The notes under the pieces: generated by a model
What the model saw: the letters and a program-made list of their open reading frames with translations, nothing else
Told to the model about the DNA's origin: nothing
Databases searched by the model: none
Assembly: GCA_029263235.1 (NCBI GenBank)
Contig: JAJCXW010000200.1
Coordinates: 11,978 to 75,977, forward strand
Source: Acidimicrobiales bacterium
GTDB taxonomy: Bacteria > Actinomycetota > Acidimicrobiia > Acidimicrobiales > Aldehydirespiratoraceae
DNA length: 64,000 nucleotides
Direction: 5' to 3'
Shown: positions 1 through 11,568 of the stretch, piece by piece
How the letters are laid out: the number at the start of each line of letters is the position of its first letter
How positions within the stretch are numbered: the stretch's first letter is position 1
Position numbers and translations under genes: made by a program

Positions 1-2646
<2,646 letters not shown>

Positions 2647-2820
2647 GAACAGGTGTTCGGCAGCCTACATGCGGCGCCAACACTCGCTTCGACGGTAGCG
2701 AACCCGGGAGCATCCAAGAGGGAGTATCAAAGGATTGGTCCTCAACACCGACTGTCTGAATGCCGACAGGTACTCTCGATCAGACAATCAGCAGATAACC
2801 AGCAACGAAAGAGATCCAAG

Positions 2821-3510
2821 ATGCGTCGACTAATCATCGTGTCCGTAGTCATCACGTTGTTCGCGACGGCGTGCGGCGACAGCGGCGGCGGACTCGCCGC
2901 CGGACTGGGTGGTGGGGGCAACTGGTGCGACCTCGCCATCGATATCGAGGATTCCAGCGACGAGCTGGACGATCCCTCGGCCGAGGGAATCCGCCGATTC
3001 GCCGACCAGATCGATGCCGCGAAGGACTCCGCCCCTTCCGAAATCCGCTCCGACGTGAAGCTCTTGGCTGACTTCATCGGCGACCTGGCCGACGCCGTGG
3101 ACGCCAACGACGGCAACATCATCTTGGCGTTCGACGACATGACCGCCCAGCTCACCGATCCCAGCTTCGAAGAGGCCGGCGACCGGATCAGCGCCTACAA
3201 CGAACGCGAATGCGGGATAGTCGACGACAGCTCTCCGGACACATTCGACGACGACGAGGGCGATGGCGACGGTGACGGCGGGATCTTCGGCGATGTCGAT
3301 CCCGACGACGAAGTCGACGACTTCGACGATTCTGACATCCCCCAGGAAGGGATCATCGCTGGGCTGGCCGACAGCCTCGGTATCACCGACGAACAGGCTC
3401 GCTGCTTGGTCACCAAGGTCGACTTTCTCGAAGATGTCGAGCCCGACCTCTCTGTGCTGTTCGACGTGTTCGGCGACTGCGGCATCGATCCGCTGAGTTT
3501 GGGCGGCTGA
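2821..3510 (+). CDS. Acidic lipoprotein, function unknown
   Basis: MRRLIIVSVVITLFATACGD is a signal peptide plus lipobox Cys. The mature part is very D/E-rich. I rejected the ORF-track start at 2626 because that extension has no signal peptide. Confidence 0.6.
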   Translation: MRRLIIVSVVITLFATACGDSGGGLAAGLGGGGNWCDLAIDIEDSSDELDDPSAEGIRRFADQIDAAKDSAPSEIRSDVKLLADFIGDLADAVDANDGNIILAFDDMTAQLTDPSFEEAGDRISAYNERECGIVDDSSPDTFDDDEGDGDGDGGIFGDVDPDDEVDDFDDSDIPQEGIIAGLADSLGITDEQARCLVTKVDFLEDVEPDLSVLFDVFGDCGIDPLSLGG

Positions 3511-3530
3511 GCCCACACCACCACCGACGG

Positions 3531-4850
3531 TCAGTCCCCGAAGTCGGGATTCCAGGCGTAGCGCAGAGCGCGCGGTAGCGCCCAGATCCCGGCTTCGGTG
3601 AGCTGTCCCTCTCGGCTCACCCCGATCTCCTGCCACATCTGGCCACACACCTCCAAGGCCCACTCGACCCGCTGACGATCACTCTTGGGGATGCTGGAAG
3701 TGACCTCAGGGCAGGAGTTGATGAGGTCCACAAGGTGTGACGATGCGGCGGCCGCTCCCTCCCCTTCTCGCACGAGGCCGAGCACGACCCCCAGCCAGTC
3801 GGCCCACTCCAGAATGGCCACGGCTTCGCGAGCATCACCATCGAGCGGCTCCATCCGACTGGGGGCCACTGAGGCCGCCAGCGCTGCCAGCACCACCTGA
3901 TCGTCGGGTTCGTCGAGGTCGACCGGCCCACGCGACGCTGCCAACCACTGGGCAACCGAACCATCGCTCCGAGCGGCGACACGCAGTCGGTCGGCAGCGA
4001 CGGCCACGCCCTCCGGCGCAGGGACCGACTCAGACCCAGCCTGGCCCAGAGCGCGGTCCAGGACATCAAGCGCGAACGCGTTGTCGTCCGGGTTGCGTTC
4101 GGGAAGATCCGGGACCTCGTCGACGGTCCGAACCGGTACGACCCAGGAGTGATCCACGAGTGTCGACAGACGGGCCACGATCAGACGCCCGTTGATCACG
4201 AGCGACTCACTGGGCCTCTCGGTGACCGACATCGCATCAGCGACCCGCCGAGCGAGCGGGATCGGATCGTGGGGCTCGACGTGGAGATCGACATCGGGAT
4301 CCTCCGCCAATTCGACCACGTCGGAAGGGCCAACCGTGATGTCGCCGAGCATCTCGGGGTGACCGGGTATGAGGTCGATTGCCAGGGCATGGCCCGCGCC
4401 CGAGGAATCGGCGAAGCGAAACACCGCCGACACGCCCCTTCGATTCGTGAAGATCCACGCCCCGTCGCATCGCGAGGTGCCCAGCGAACTCAGCCAGCCC
4501 GGAACGTCGGGTCCAGAGCCGCCCGACTCGCCCGACTCCGCGGTCTCCCCTGCTTCTCCGGTCGCTGCGGCCCCTGCGGTTGCTCCGGTCTCTGCGATCC
4601 CTGCGATCCCTGCGATCCCTGGCGATGGCTGCGAAACTGCCCGAACCGCGGCGGCCACAACCGAGGCCTGAACTCCTGGGGTGGAGTCGAGAACATGGAG
4701 CAGCAGCGCTTCGGGTGGCCCGACGACGACTTCGGCGGCCATCGCCATGAGGTCGCTGGCCCACACCTCGGCCCGAGGTGCGTCGAGATCGTGGAGGGCC
4801 GCGGCCTGCTCTATGGCCTGTTCAACCAGGGCCGACAATGATTCGCTCAC
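3531..4850 (-). CDS. Hypothetical acidic protein (439 aa)
   Basis: Frame of the 535-aa ORF, trimmed to the in-frame GTG at 4850 so it does not overlap divergent fpg. Codon bias is coding-like. Contains a (GIA)3 linker. I recognise no family. Confidence 0.6.
   Translation of the reverse strand: MSESLSALVEQAIEQAAALHDLDAPRAEVWASDLMAMAAEVVVGPPEALLLHVLDSTPGVQASVVAAAVRAVSQPSPGIAGIAGIAETGATAGAAATGEAGETAESGESGGSGPDVPGWLSSLGTSRCDGAWIFTNRRGVSAVFRFADSSGAGHALAIDLIPGHPEMLGDITVGPSDVVELAEDPDVDLHVEPHDPIPLARRVADAMSVTERPSESLVINGRLIVARLSTLVDHSWVVPVRTVDEVPDLPERNPDDNAFALDVLDRALGQAGSESVPAPEGVAVAADRLRVAARSDGSVAQWLAASRGPVDLDEPDDQVVLAALAASVAPSRMEPLDGDAREAVAILEWADWLGVVLGLVREGEGAAAASSHLVDLINSCPEVTSSIPKSDRQRVEWALEVCGQMWQEIGVSREGQLTEAGIWALPRALRYAWNPDFGD
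4592..4618. repeat. 9-bp tandem repeat ctgcgatcc x3 (perfect)
   Basis: Read directly. Encodes GIAGIAGIA in the 439-aa hypothetical protein. Confidence 0.95.
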
Positions 4851-4920
4851 GAGACCGCGAGGATACTGGGCCCCGAGCCAGCCCGAGCCTGAAGCAATCC
4901 CGAAGCAATAGGGTCTTGCC

Positions 4921-5742
4921 GTGCCCGAACTACCCGAGGTCGAGACGATCAGAGTCCAGCTCAAGCCCCGGCTGCTCGACTCGTCGATAGTCGACGCCGG
5001 CTCCCACTGGTCGGCCAAGTTCACACCGGCGATGGAAGCAGTCGGCAGCGAGCTCGTCGACATCAGACGGCGAGGCAAGTACCTCATCTTCGAAGTCGAC
5101 AGCGGCAGCACCAGCGACCTTGGGCATGACCTGATCATCCATCTGGGAATGACTGGTCGCCTCGCCGTGGTCAGCGAAGCCGATCTTGATCATCCTCATC
5201 TGCGGGCATGGTGGCGGCTCGCCGATGGCGACACCTTGACCTTCCACGACGCTCGGCGCTTCGGCCGGATCCATTGGGTGCCGCGAGGCCACTATGCCGG
5301 CATCGCCACACTCGCGGCGCTCGGGCCCGAACCATTCGATGAAGAGTTCACGGCCCAGCACCTACTCGAGGCCACCAAGCGGAGTGCCCGCCACCTCAAG
5401 ACACAGATCCTCTCGCAGCGCCCCGTCGCCGGGGTGGGCAACATATATGCCGACGAGGCGTTCTGGATGGCCCGTATCAACCCCGCGGCCCGGCAACTGT
5501 CGAAGCCAAGGGCGATCCGACTGGTCGAGGCGATCCGCGTCGCTCTGCAGTCCGGGCTCGACAACGGAGGCACGACCCTGCGCGACTACGTCGACTCGCA
5601 GGGACAAACGGGCGAGAATCAACATCGCCTGTTTTGCTACGGACGTAGCGGCGAACCCTGCGAACGCTGCAGCACCATCATGCGCCGTCGCGAACTCGAC
5701 GGACGGGGCACCACATGGTGCCCCGTGTGTCAGGCCCGCTGA
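4921..5742 (+). CDS. mutM: Formamidopyrimidine-DNA glycosylase (Fpg/MutM)
   Basis: N-terminal PELPEVE (catalytic Pro2/Glu3) and a C-terminal zinc finger CERC...CPVC. GTG start. Confidence 0.9.
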   Translation: MPELPEVETIRVQLKPRLLDSSIVDAGSHWSAKFTPAMEAVGSELVDIRRRGKYLIFEVDSGSTSDLGHDLIIHLGMTGRLAVVSEADLDHPHLRAWWRLADGDTLTFHDARRFGRIHWVPRGHYAGIATLAALGPEPFDEEFTAQHLLEATKRSARHLKTQILSQRPVAGVGNIYADEAFWMARINPAARQLSKPRAIRLVEAIRVALQSGLDNGGTTLRDYVDSQGQTGENQHRLFCYGRSGEPCERCSTIMRRRELDGRGTTWCPVCQAR

Positions 5743-6296
5743 CTCCCCGACCGGCCGGCTGCTCCAGGCGACACTCTGAGCAAGGCCAGTAGGGCTCCGG
5801 CCACCACGCCCACGACCACCACGAACAACAAGCCGCCGAGAGGCTGCGAGTCCATCACGTCGACCGGGGTATCGGCCCCAACCGCTGCGACGCTCACCGC
5901 AGCGAGCACTAGATCGATAGCGAGATGCACCGCCGACGGAGGCGTGTCGGCACTTCCGAAACACGCACAGCTCGACAAGCCGAGCCTCATCGCTCGACCC
6001 ACCAGCCCAGCGAACAACAGATACAACGCGGCAACCACCAATGCCGGGAAGGTGCCACCGACCACCAGCCCGACCACCCCGACCGCGATCTCGAATCCTC
6101 CGATGAGCCGTACTGCCCCATTCTGCCGTGGCCCGACACCAGAACCAGAACTAGAACCAGAACCGATGCTGCCTAGGAACTCGACGGTGGGAGCCGGATC
6201 ACGCACCTTCAAAAGTCCCGAAACGATGAGCAGCACCGCGGCCGCCGCGTGAACTCCACTCACCGCGTCGATCACCAGGCCCATCACCATGCCCAT
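5730..6296 (-). CDS. MauE/DoxX-like polytopic membrane protein
   Basis: Four hydrophobic helices. LLIVSGLLKVRDP resembles the MauE/DoxX first helix. Start is uncertain (ATGs at 6296, 6344, 6395). Contains a GSGSSSGSG loop. Confidence 0.5.
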   Translation of the reverse strand: MGMVMGLVIDAVSGVHAAAAVLLIVSGLLKVRDPAPTVEFLGSIGSGSSSGSGVGPRQNGAVRLIGGFEIAVGVVGLVVGGTFPALVVAALYLLFAGLVGRAMRLGLSSCACFGSADTPPSAVHLAIDLVLAAVSVAAVGADTPVDVMDSQPLGGLLFVVVVGVVAGALLALLRVSPGAAGRSGSQRA

Positions 6297-6418
6297 CACC
6301 GGTCCATCACCAGATCCATCACTTGACCATATGGTCGCCGGCATGGTTGTAGACAGCCGGTCGCATCCTCGATTTGTTGCGATGCGGTGCCGCAATCCCC
6401 CGCCACTACGGTGAACAG

Positions 6419-7708
6419 ATGGCAGGTGAGCGACCCGACTTCTACGACCTCATCGCCTCGAACCGGCGACGCACCTGGCTGCTGATGTTCGCCTTCTTCG
6501 TACTGCTCGTGCTGGTCGGCACGTTCGTGTCGTTGTTTCTCGGACTCGGGTTGATCGGCACGTTCATTGCCGCCGCCGTGGCCGTGTGGATCACCGTCGG
6601 CTCCTACTACAAGGGCGACACGCTGGCGCTGCGATCCACCCGGGCGGTGCCGGCCCCACGAACGGAGTACCCACGGCTCCACAATCTCGTCGAGGAGATC
6701 TCGCTCGCGGCCGGCATCACCCCACCGGCGTTGTATGTGGTGCACGACCCTTCACCCAACGCTTTCGCCACTGGACGCGACCCGGAGCACGCCTCCGTGG
6801 CGGTGACGACCGGGCTCATCGACAAGATGAACCGGGCCGAACTGGAGGGGGTCCTCGCCCACGAGATTGCCCACGTTCGCAACCGCGACACGCTCGTCAT
6901 GACCGTGGCGGTGGCCACGGCCGGCTCGATCGCCTTCGTGTCCGACATCTTCTGGCGAATGCTCTACTGGGGGGCGCTGGCCGGCGGAGGTGCGTCGCGT
7001 CGACGACGCTCCAACAACCAATCCTCGGGAGCCAATCCACTGATCCTGATCGGCTTTCTGGTCGTTGTGATCCTCGCCCCGCTGGCGGCCGCTCTTCTCA
7101 AGGCGGCGGTGTCTCGCAGCCGTGAGTCCCTGGCCGACGCCACCGCCGTGGAGTTCACCCGCTATCCGAGCGGACTGCGCCAGGCGCTGGAGAAGCTCGA
7201 TGCCGACATCACCGTGGTGACCCGCACGTCGCACGCCACATCTCATCTCTGGATCGAATCTCCCGACGACCACGAGACCAAGGCCAAGGGCCGACGCTTC
7301 AACGACATGTTCAACACCCACCCCCCGCTGAGCGAGCGAATCGGCATCCTGCGGGCCATGGAAGGGCTTCCTCCCTACGAAGGGCCGGATCCGGCAGTGG
7401 CCGAGTCGCTCCGCACGCTTCAGGAGAGCAGCTGGGAATCGTCACCTCAGGGAATCGGTTCCCAGTCCCGCCGTCCCGCTGCCAACCCCGGCTACAAGCC
7501 GGCATCGTCCTCGGTCAACCTCCAATCGATATTCGGCGGCGCCGGAGAGGTCGCCCATTCCGACCCCGATCCGACCCATGCACCTGCCGGCTGGTACGCC
7601 GAGCCGTCGGGTGAGACCGGAGTCCTGCGCTACTGGGACGGCTCGACCTGGACACCACACCGACACGTCATCCCCGACGGCAACCAGCTACGACCCCCGG
7701 CCCGATGA
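6419..7708 (+). CDS. htpX: HtpX-type M48 zinc metalloprotease with a C-terminal DUF2510-like extension
   Basis: HEIAHVRNRD (HExxH), N-terminal TM pair, distal Glu region NTHPPLSERI. An extra ~130-aa tail ends in GWYAEPSGETGVLRYWDGSTWTPH. Confidence 0.85.
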   Translation: MAGERPDFYDLIASNRRRTWLLMFAFFVLLVLVGTFVSLFLGLGLIGTFIAAAVAVWITVGSYYKGDTLALRSTRAVPAPRTEYPRLHNLVEEISLAAGITPPALYVVHDPSPNAFATGRDPEHASVAVTTGLIDKMNRAELEGVLAHEIAHVRNRDTLVMTVAVATAGSIAFVSDIFWRMLYWGALAGGGASRRRRSNNQSSGANPLILIGFLVVVILAPLAAALLKAAVSRSRESLADATAVEFTRYPSGLRQALEKLDADITVVTRTSHATSHLWIESPDDHETKAKGRRFNDMFNTHPPLSERIGILRAMEGLPPYEGPDPAVAESLRTLQESSWESSPQGIGSQSRRPAANPGYKPASSSVNLQSIFGGAGEVAHSDPDPTHAPAGWYAEPSGETGVLRYWDGSTWTPHRHVIPDGNQLRPPAR

Positions 7709-8355
7709 GCAGCCCAGACACCAGCAGCGATCAGAGTCCCGGTCGAGACACCGTTGGCGTGGGCCCTCACCCCCGGCCATGGCCCGACGATCCCAGACTC
7801 GACCCGTCGCTTCTGGCCGACGGCGACCGGCGCAACGTCTCCGACCGCTACCGCTACTGGACGGTCGAGGCGATCGTCGCCGATCTCGACACCCGGCGTC
7901 ACCCGTTCCACGTCGCGATCGAAAACTGGGAACACGACCACAACATCGGCACCGTCGTTCGCACCGCTAACGCCTTTCTGGCCCGCGAGATCCACATCGT
8001 GGGCAAGCGGCGATGGAACCGGCGCGGGGCGATGATGACCAACGTCTACCAACACGTCGTGAAGCACCCCACCATCGACGATCTCGTCGAGTGGGCCGAG
8101 TCCGAACAGCTCCCGATCATCGGCATCGACAATGTCGAAGGAGCAGTGCCCCTGGAGAGCTCTCAACTACCGGAGCGCTGCGTGATGTTGTTCGGGCAGG
8201 AAGGGCCAGGGCTGAGTGAGCCGGCCAAGAACGCAGCCGAGATGGTCTGCTCGATCTCGCAGTACGGCTCGACCCGATCGATCAACGCCGGGGTCGCCGC
8301 CGGGATCGCCATGCATTCATGGATTCAGCGCTGGGCCGAACTCCCGCCAGCTTGA
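7705..8355 (+). CDS. SpoU/TrmH-family RNA 2'-O-methyltransferase
   Basis: SpoU motifs NIGTVVRTANAF, LFGQEGPGLS and SINAGVAAGIAMH. ATGA overlap with the htpX stop. Confidence 0.8.
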   Translation: MSSPDTSSDQSPGRDTVGVGPHPRPWPDDPRLDPSLLADGDRRNVSDRYRYWTVEAIVADLDTRRHPFHVAIENWEHDHNIGTVVRTANAFLAREIHIVGKRRWNRRGAMMTNVYQHVVKHPTIDDLVEWAESEQLPIIGIDNVEGAVPLESSQLPERCVMLFGQEGPGLSEPAKNAAEMVCSISQYGSTRSINAGVAAGIAMHSWIQRWAELPPA

Positions 8356-8378
8356 GGGTGGCTCAGCCCTCGACCAGA

Positions 8379-8756
8379 TCAGCCCTCAACCAACGAGGTG
8401 AGTTCATCGTCGCTGGGAATCTCGACCCCGGGGACGTAGTAGGTGTAGAGGCCCTGCACGGCCCGTTCGAGATCGGCCCAATCCGTGTTGGACGACTCAG
8501 TGTCAGACGACTCAGTGTCAGACGACCCAGGGTCGGACAGTTGAGCGGTGACCATCGATCCGTAGATGTGAACCGAAGCAACCCCACCGGCGTCGAACAG
8601 ACGCTTGGCGAGACGGTCGGGAGGGCGATCACCGGTGATCTCGGTGTCGGCGTCGTAGCGTTCGTGACCCATGCCGGTGAGGCTGCGGTTGAGTTCGAAG
8701 CGAACGATGCCGGGCCGGGGCGAGGCGGTTCGTATGAGCGTGACTGGTTGTCCCAT
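8379..8756 (-). CDS. Nfu/NifU N-terminal-domain-like small protein
   Basis: The pattern RPGIVRFELN...LAKRLFDAGGVASVHIYGSMVTAQL...W..LE resembles the Nfu_N scaffold domain. Contains the SSDTE tandem repeat. Confidence 0.45.
   Translation of the reverse strand: MGQPVTLIRTASPRPGIVRFELNRSLTGMGHERYDADTEITGDRPPDRLAKRLFDAGGVASVHIYGSMVTAQLSDPGSSDTESSDTESSNTDWADLERAVQGLYTYYVPGVEIPSDDELTSLVEG
8491..8535. repeat. 15-bp tandem repeat gacgactcagtgtca x2 plus one degenerate copy
   Basis: Read directly. Encodes SSDTESSDTESSNTD in the Nfu_N-like protein. Confidence 0.9.
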
Positions 8757-8786
8757 GACGAATCGCAGACTAGCGGGACACTCGGC

Positions 8787-9152
8787 CTAGCGGGATGTTC
8801 TGCGCCAAGCCCACGCCGCCGTGCCGATCGAAACAGTCGCCAGAACGGCATGCACGATCTTGAAGCCCACCGAGTGATCACGAAATGAGATCAGCACGAC
8901 ACGGATGAGCCAGTAGCCGGTGGTCCACGCCGCGAACGCCGCCATTGTTGGTAGCAGATCGGGGCGGCCGGTACGCACGCTGACGATCAGCACCAGCGCC
9001 AACGCCACAAAAATGAACACCGGGAATATCCGCAGGACGACATCGCCGACCGATAGATCGTCCTCGGTGAAGATGAGCCTGGTGCGGGTGGCCCACATGA
9101 ACAGAGTCCAGGCGATCACCGTGTAGACCGCGGCCCGGGCTGAAGCAAGCAT
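8787..9152 (-). CDS. Small 4-TM membrane protein, unknown function
   Basis: About 121 aa, four hydrophobic segments, ATG at 9152 (the track start at 9155 is TTG). Confidence 0.5.
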   Translation of the reverse strand: MLASARAAVYTVIAWTLFMWATRTRLIFTEDDLSVGDVVLRIFPVFIFVALALVLIVSVRTGRPDLLPTMAAFAAWTTGYWLIRVVLISFRDHSVGFKIVHAVLATVSIGTAAWAWRRTSR

Positions 9153-9161
9153 CAAGACAGT

Positions 9162-9195
9162 CCCACCATCAAAACAGCCCCACCATCAAAACAGC
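9162..9195. repeat. Perfect 17-bp tandem duplication (cccaccatcaaaacagc x2)
   Basis: Read directly: 9162-9178 is identical to 9179-9195. The second copy contains the rnhB stop (TGA, 9188-9186). Confidence 0.95.
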
Positions 9196-9908
9196 TCTAT
9201 TTGGGGCTCGGCTCCGGGATCGACCCTTGGGGTACGCGACCATCGCAGATCGTCCATGAACGACCAGCTTCGTCGATGCACCGAGCACGGGCCCATGGCG
9301 GCGAGTGCCGCCTTGTGGCGCGGACACGGATAGCCCTTGTTGGAGGCCATGTTGTAGCCGGGATGTTGCACGTGGAGCTTCCGCATGAGTCGATCCCTGG
9401 TGACTTTGGCGATGATCGACGCCGCCGCAATCGACAAGCTGATCGTGTCGCCCTTGACGATAGTGGTGGTGTCGATGCCATCGACGAACCTCCAGTTGCC
9501 GTCGACCAGCACATGGTCGACCGGCACGGCCAGACCATCGATAGCCCGACGCGCCGCCAGTTTCTGAGCGGCCGACATCCCCAGCGAGTCGCACTCGGCC
9601 GGCGATGCATGGCCGACCGAAATATGGTGGGCCCAGTCGACGACGCGGTCGTGCATGACCTCGCGTTCGGACTCCGTGAGCATCTTCGAATCGCGCACCT
9701 TGTAGAGCCTGCGATCTCGCGGCACGATCACCGCGGCAAGGGTGAGGGGGCCGGCCCACGACCCTCGTCCCACCTCGTCGATTCCCGCCACAAATCGATG
9801 TCCTGTATTCCAGAGATCATGCTCGAAGTCGAGACCAGGCGAGCGCCCCTTGAGCGAAGCCCGAAGAGAGGAGGATCGAGAGGAGGATCGAGGTGAGGAT
9901 CCGGCCAC
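9186..9908 (-). CDS. rnhB: Ribonuclease HII
   Basis: GIDEVGRGSWAGPL (DEDD active-site start), VRDSKMLTE, VDGN, AASIIAKVTRD, SNKGYP. Trimmed to the GTG at 9908, just after the upstream stop (9915-9913). The 380-aa track ORF is an Arg-rich N-terminal extension. Confidence 0.88.
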   Translation of the reverse strand: MAGSSPRSSSRSSSLRASLKGRSPGLDFEHDLWNTGHRFVAGIDEVGRGSWAGPLTLAAVIVPRDRRLYKVRDSKMLTESEREVMHDRVVDWAHHISVGHASPAECDSLGMSAAQKLAARRAIDGLAVPVDHVLVDGNWRFVDGIDTTTIVKGDTISLSIAAASIIAKVTRDRLMRKLHVQHPGYNMASNKGYPCPRHKAALAAMGPCSVHRRSWSFMDDLRWSRTPRVDPGAEPQIELF

Positions 9909-9912
9909 AGTT

Positions 9913-11568
9913 TCAGCCTTGGGCAATTGGCGCGGCCAGAAGCGCCTCTGATTGGCGTTCCGACGACGACCACGTCGGGTCGAGTCCCGAGCAGGTGATC
10001 CTGGCGGTCTCCGGGCCACCATCACGTTCCCAGAGGAGGGCCGGGCGGGCCCCGTGCCATCGGAGGCTGAACGACATCGTGCCGACATGGGTAACGAGGC
10101 CGCGCACATCGACGGTCTGCCCCAGCCAACTGGCTGGAACCGTCGGCAACAAGTCGACATAGCAGTCCTCCAACGGTCCGAGCAGACGATCGAGAACCGC
10201 CACCGCTCCCCGCGCCACCGGTGAACTCGGCCCGGCGGGCCCGGCTGACCCGGCTGGCCCGACTGACCCGGCCGAGTCTGCTGATGCTGCCCCTGCCGTC
10301 TGCCTCGGCCTGTTCTCGCTACTCCCACTGTTCCGGCGCGCAGCCAGCTGGCGCAGGTCGGCGGCCAGCCGAGAGTTGTTGCTTGCCGGAATCCGGTCCT
10401 GGTCCTGGCCCAGATTCAACTCCAGAGCCAGCGCCGCGGCCGATAGCGATGCCGAGTCGAGGGCATCGCCGGCAGAGTCGATCAGACCGCCGATCAGAAG
10501 GTCGAGACCCGACTCCTCGCCGGCCCGGAGCTCTCTCGATGCCAGCGCCAAGATTGCCGCGTTGGCAGTGGGCCCTTCCAGCAGCCCGTCCTCGGCCGCC
10601 ACAACGAGGGCTTGTCTGGCTCGATCGGCTTCGCCGTGAAGGCCTGCCGTGTCGAGGTGGGGGGCGGCTTCGGCTGCAACCAGCAGATCGGCCGAGCCGG
10701 CCGCCACCACCAGGTCGGGAACCACCCGTCGCCACGCCTCGCCCAGCTGCTTGTCGGGGACCTCGATCGTGGCGGCATTTCGAGTCACCGCCCGCCAGCC
10801 AGAAGCCAGATCGGCCGGTCTCACCGAAGCAACACCAGTGATCGGGTCAGTCGGAGCAGCCGGGTCAGCCGGGTTAGTCGGGTCGGTCGGGTCAGCCGGG
10901 CCGGGAATCACCATCATCAGCGATGCTTGGTGAGGCAAGGCGAACACCATTCCCGATTGGCCCCCCGACTCGTCGACATCGACTCCTGCCGACCGTGCTG
11001 TGGGTTCGTCGGCAATCTCTCGCCAGGCTCCGGCCGTCACCGCCCCGGCCCCACGAAACGGCGCGAGGATCACGCCGCTGTCGAGACGCATCTCAGACCT
11101 GTCGACGGTGAGGCGACTGGTCCGGCCCCGTCCACCAGTCCCCGACACATGCATCACACATCCCAAGGCGACACCACTCGGAGAGGCATTGACGAACTCG
11201 ACGACCAGGGTTCGGTCCAAGCCATCGACCGCCGAGCCGACCCGACAGATCAAGTCCCCACCCGGAATCCGCATAGCGGTCTCGAACACGGGAGTGTCGT
11301 CGATGCGGGTCTGACGAACCGCCGCTTCGTCGTGGGCAATGTGCCAACGATCATCGGCTCCGGCGCCCCATTCAAATCGCCAGGAGCCATCGAGCGCACC
11401 GATCGTGCCATCCGGCCCGACGATCGCCGTCGGCCCGTCGACATCACCGATGATCGTGCCTGTGATCGTTTCTGTGATCGGCTCAGCCCCGCCATCGTTC
11501 GCCCGGCGCGGCCAGATCGACTTACCCAACCTGATTGACCTGATTGACCTGATTGGTCCAGCCGGCAT
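9913..11568 (-). CDS. Hypothetical protein (551 aa) translationally coupled between gpsA and rnhB
   Basis: The ATG shares one base with the gpsA stop (cTGATGcc). Coding-like bias. Three internal 9-bp repeat arrays. I recognise no family. Confidence 0.65.
   Translation of the reverse strand: MPAGPIRSIRSIRLGKSIWPRRANDGGAEPITETITGTIIGDVDGPTAIVGPDGTIGALDGSWRFEWGAGADDRWHIAHDEAAVRQTRIDDTPVFETAMRIPGGDLICRVGSAVDGLDRTLVVEFVNASPSGVALGCVMHVSGTGGRGRTSRLTVDRSEMRLDSGVILAPFRGAGAVTAGAWREIADEPTARSAGVDVDESGGQSGMVFALPHQASLMMVIPGPADPTDPTNPADPAAPTDPITGVASVRPADLASGWRAVTRNAATIEVPDKQLGEAWRRVVPDLVVAAGSADLLVAAEAAPHLDTAGLHGEADRARQALVVAAEDGLLEGPTANAAILALASRELRAGEESGLDLLIGGLIDSAGDALDSASLSAAALALELNLGQDQDRIPASNNSRLAADLRQLAARRNSGSSENRPRQTAGAASADSAGSVGPAGSAGPAGPSSPVARGAVAVLDRLLGPLEDCYVDLLPTVPASWLGQTVDVRGLVTHVGTMSFSLRWHGARPALLWERDGGPETARITCSGLDPTWSSSERQSEALLAAPIAQG
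10229..10273. repeat. Five imperfect 9-bp units (ggcccggcg/ggcccggct/gacccggct/ggcccgact/gacccggcc)
   Basis: Read directly. Encodes SAGSVGPAGSAGPAGP in the 551-aa protein. Confidence 0.85.
10843..10896. repeat. Six imperfect 9-bp units (cgggtcagy-like)
   Basis: Read directly. Encodes PADPTDPTNPADPAAPTDP in the 551-aa protein. Confidence 0.8.
11531..11557. repeat. 9-bp tandem repeat ctgattgac x2 plus one degenerate copy
   Basis: Read directly. Encodes IRSIRSIR at residues 6-13 of the 551-aa protein. Confidence 0.9.

Noticed and set aside
2647-2820. Relatively AT-rich 174-bp region between the topoisomerase start and the lipoprotein gene as a possible riboswitch or sRNA
   Set aside because: There is only a weak 5-bp stem (CTGTC...GACAG) and no motif I recognise. 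It is most simply a divergent promoter region. Left unreported as a feature.
9909-10328. N-terminal extensions in the ORF track: rnhB to 10328, ilvN to 23622, gatC to 32109, azlD to 58243, PaaI to 60620, gpsA to 12746, mnmA to 43615, the sigma partner from 16576, and others
   Set aside because: Each extension overlaps the upstream gene in another frame and has Arg-rich junk composition. Internal ATG/GTG codons sit exactly at operon junctions and give N-termini matching the family consensus.
10229-11557. The short tandem repeat arrays (here and at 4592, 6139, 8491, 9868, 14107) as possible CRISPR or minisatellite loci
   Set aside because: Units are 5-17 bp and directly abutting with no unique spacers. 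Most are in-frame inside coding sequence. No cas genes are present. They are simple slippage repeats.
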